A stretch of 64,000 bases of DNA from Calcarisporiella thermophila CBS 279.70. Lineage: Eukaryota; Fungi; Calcarisporiellomycota. Of this stretch, positions 61,914 through 64,000 are shown in pieces. Positions within the stretch are counted from its first letter, which is position 1; every line of letters starts with the position of its first letter. The stretch is taken from NCBI RefSeq assembly GCF_041956535.1, contig NW_027192209.1, positions 260,092 through 324,091 on the forward strand. The letters are read 5' to 3'. The notes below the pieces were generated by a model that saw nothing but the letters and a program-made list of their open reading frames with translations, searched no databases and was not told the origin of the DNA. The position numbers and the translations under genes are program-made.

Positions 61914-64000
61914 TTAAAATATTCCTAACAACATTGGGTCCATTTCATGGGATGACGACTGTTTATCTGCCGATTCTATATTCCCAGTATCCTTTTCCAC
62001 CGTGTTTTCATGTCTAATATCCTCCAAAAATGAGGTCAGTTGAGATGCCCAAGGAATGCTAGTAATGCTTGCATGGGAAGCACGCAGAAGAGACGCATCG
62101 AATGAGAGGCGTTTAAGTGATAGGCGCCTACTCAATGTTTTTCCATCATCATCCGTATATTGTATCTTTGCTTGCGATTGGCATTTAGATTCGCGGATAG
62201 CGTTGGCAACCGCTTCGTCTTCATCCTCATCTTCATTCTCGGAATCTTCAAGTTTCAGGGATCGCAGTGCATCACACCCATCAGCTTCACTAAATTTGTG
62301 CTCTGAATTGGGGGACGTATTTGATATCGAGGTAGACGAAGTTATATTTACAAGCTGAGCATTTGCTATCAGTGGCGACATATATTTGACCAATACTATA
62401 GCTGCCAATTCCTGCAATAATATAAAAAAATTGTACGAATAAGTTTTTTTCTCCAATAGGAAATGCGGCCTTACCTTACAAAATTCCTGTAGTACTACAT
62501 ATGCGTTACAAAAATTAGTGATCCAAGTTACTTTCGCCTTTCGTAGTACTTCTAAATCATCCTCGCGCCTTGAGAGTGAGTGGATAGACGAGGGCGATGG
62601 CAGCGAAGTTAATATCTTCTCATGGAATGTTGAATTTGGTGATGAAAGCGATGGTGATACAATATGAATGGGAGAAGGAGAATTAGAATCAGGAGAGGCA
62701 ATTTTTTCACTAGGATTGGGTGAAGAAGACATGGAGTTGCTAGCGCTGACTATAGATGAGGTGGTAAAGCCTTTTCTCCTAGCAAATGCAACACGCGTTT
62801 CGAAATATTCTACAGAAGAAGCCTCTACCTGACATTTGTGTGAAATCTTCCTCAATATGTCTAATAGGCATCGCTGCTGTTTTGTAATATTATCGGTTGC
62901 CTTTGCACCAAATATGAGAATGTCAATCCTCGAGTCTGGTAGCCCTGCCAGTTTGCTTAACACACTTGTCAGTGCTAAATTGCGCTCAAGTGAATTCGTC
63001 ATCATGAATTCAGTCTGTCTAAACAACGCTCTCAATAGACTTGTGTCTGTTCCTTTACACCTAGTGGTGGCTGAATTAACTGGTTCAAATGGTCTTGTCC
63101 ACCTGGCACATGCTAACATTGCAAATTGATGCCTTTCCTGTGCATCATTTATATAACTCTCATAATGAATATTCTCCTCATTCGCCAATAATGTTGAGCC
63201 AGCATTTTGATTATTGGATTTAGGGATTTCCGTTGTAGATGCCTCCTGCTTCTGGATAACCTCTTCTGCGCACGGTATTATCTCCAATGCTCTAAAGTTA
63301 AACAGTGAATAATTTTACGTATGAATATCTTATATAGAAATTTGTACCTTTCTATTAAATCTCGAATTTCTTGTAAATCTCTAGGTGATTCCTTTAAACC
63401 TTCTAAATGTTCAGTTTCAAACTCACGAAATACAAGATGGTGCAACGCATATTGATCATAAGTATCTAAAATTGCCCCTAATAATCTCAGGTTTGCAATG
63501 CATAGCTACGGTAATATACTTTTAATGCAGCCGAAATATTCTATGGGTTTCATCGCAATCATACCCTGTCATTTGGCGATTCGATTCTATCTATCAAAAT
63601 CTCCCTAAGCCAATTTGAAGCTTGTTTTTTGTCTGAACGCTCTCCCCTCCGCTCCATTTTAGAAAAAAGGGTAAATAAGATAGCTTTGAGAAGAGAAGGA
63701 TCGGAAAGCATTCGTATCATATCCGTCAGGTATTCAGTGGTTATTACAGCCGTATCATCAGAGCTAGCCATATGAAAATAACTTGGTTAAACATTGTAGC
63801 TTTAAAATTCTACACCACAAATTTAATTACTCTGATTGTATGCCAGCGGATATCCAAGGAAGAAACTGGGATATTAGTCTCTCTATCAAATAGTTGTTGA
63901 GCTCCTAGAAAAATGTTATATATTACGTTTGGGAATTCTATAAATATAGCTAAGCTTACCTTGTATCCAGTAGCTGATATCTCATTTACAAACTCCCAAA
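61914..64000 (-). CDS. FHIP/FAM160 (RAI16-like) protein, 5'-truncated
   Basis: EYLTDMIRMLSDPSLLKAI, ILIDRIES, FMMTNSLERNLALTSVLSKLA, NAYVVLQEFCK|ELAAI. Confidence 0.75.

Noticed and set aside
1-64000. tRNA, rRNA, CRISPR arrays, selenocysteine or stop-codon readthrough signals
   Set aside because: None recognised. I saw no in-frame TGA needed in any model and no TGA-CTA context at the gene ends I checked. Covariance-model searches could not be run.

Overview
A gene-dense, intron-rich eukaryotic window from an early-diverging fungus (inferred Mucoromycota/Zoopagomycota-like from short GT-AG introns with CTAAC/CTGAC branch points, trifunctional HIS4, a retained queuine TGT and a minor-class intron). 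About 29 protein-coding genes were reconstructed by hand-splicing: NSE4, a Tim17-like protein, a hypothetical membrane protein, JHD1, SSE1, a GPI-type CE4 deacetylase, a formin-GBD-only protein, a kelch membrane protein, a tetraspanin, a C3HC/Rsm1 protein, a PSP1-domain protein, HIS4, a trihelix-like factor, a secreted Gly-repeat protein, a PNRC/Edc1-like protein, AHA1, a Mid2/SKG6-like membrane protein, QTRT1, head-to-head PUP1 and PRE5, SNF4, ATG15, an MCT-type MFS transporter, COQ8, a Cla4-like PAK, HUT1, RPL34, a PMA H+-ATPase and an FHIP/FAM160-like protein. I found no tRNA, rRNA, CRISPR array or intact transposon. The strongest signals are in gene architecture: an AT-AC U12-type intron in the C3HC gene (21411-21514), which implies a minor spliceosome, and frame-preserving microexons of 6-24 nt that carry key motifs (Aha1 NNWHW, deacetylase TFDD, TGT GxRP, the PSP1 start codon). 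Also notable are a 218-bp bidirectional promoter shared by two 20S proteasome subunit genes with three CTGACG copies and no PACE, a secreted protein with alternating 20/22-aa Gly repeats, and a GC-rich subdomain. Exon boundaries and family calls come from reading the sequence, not from database searches.
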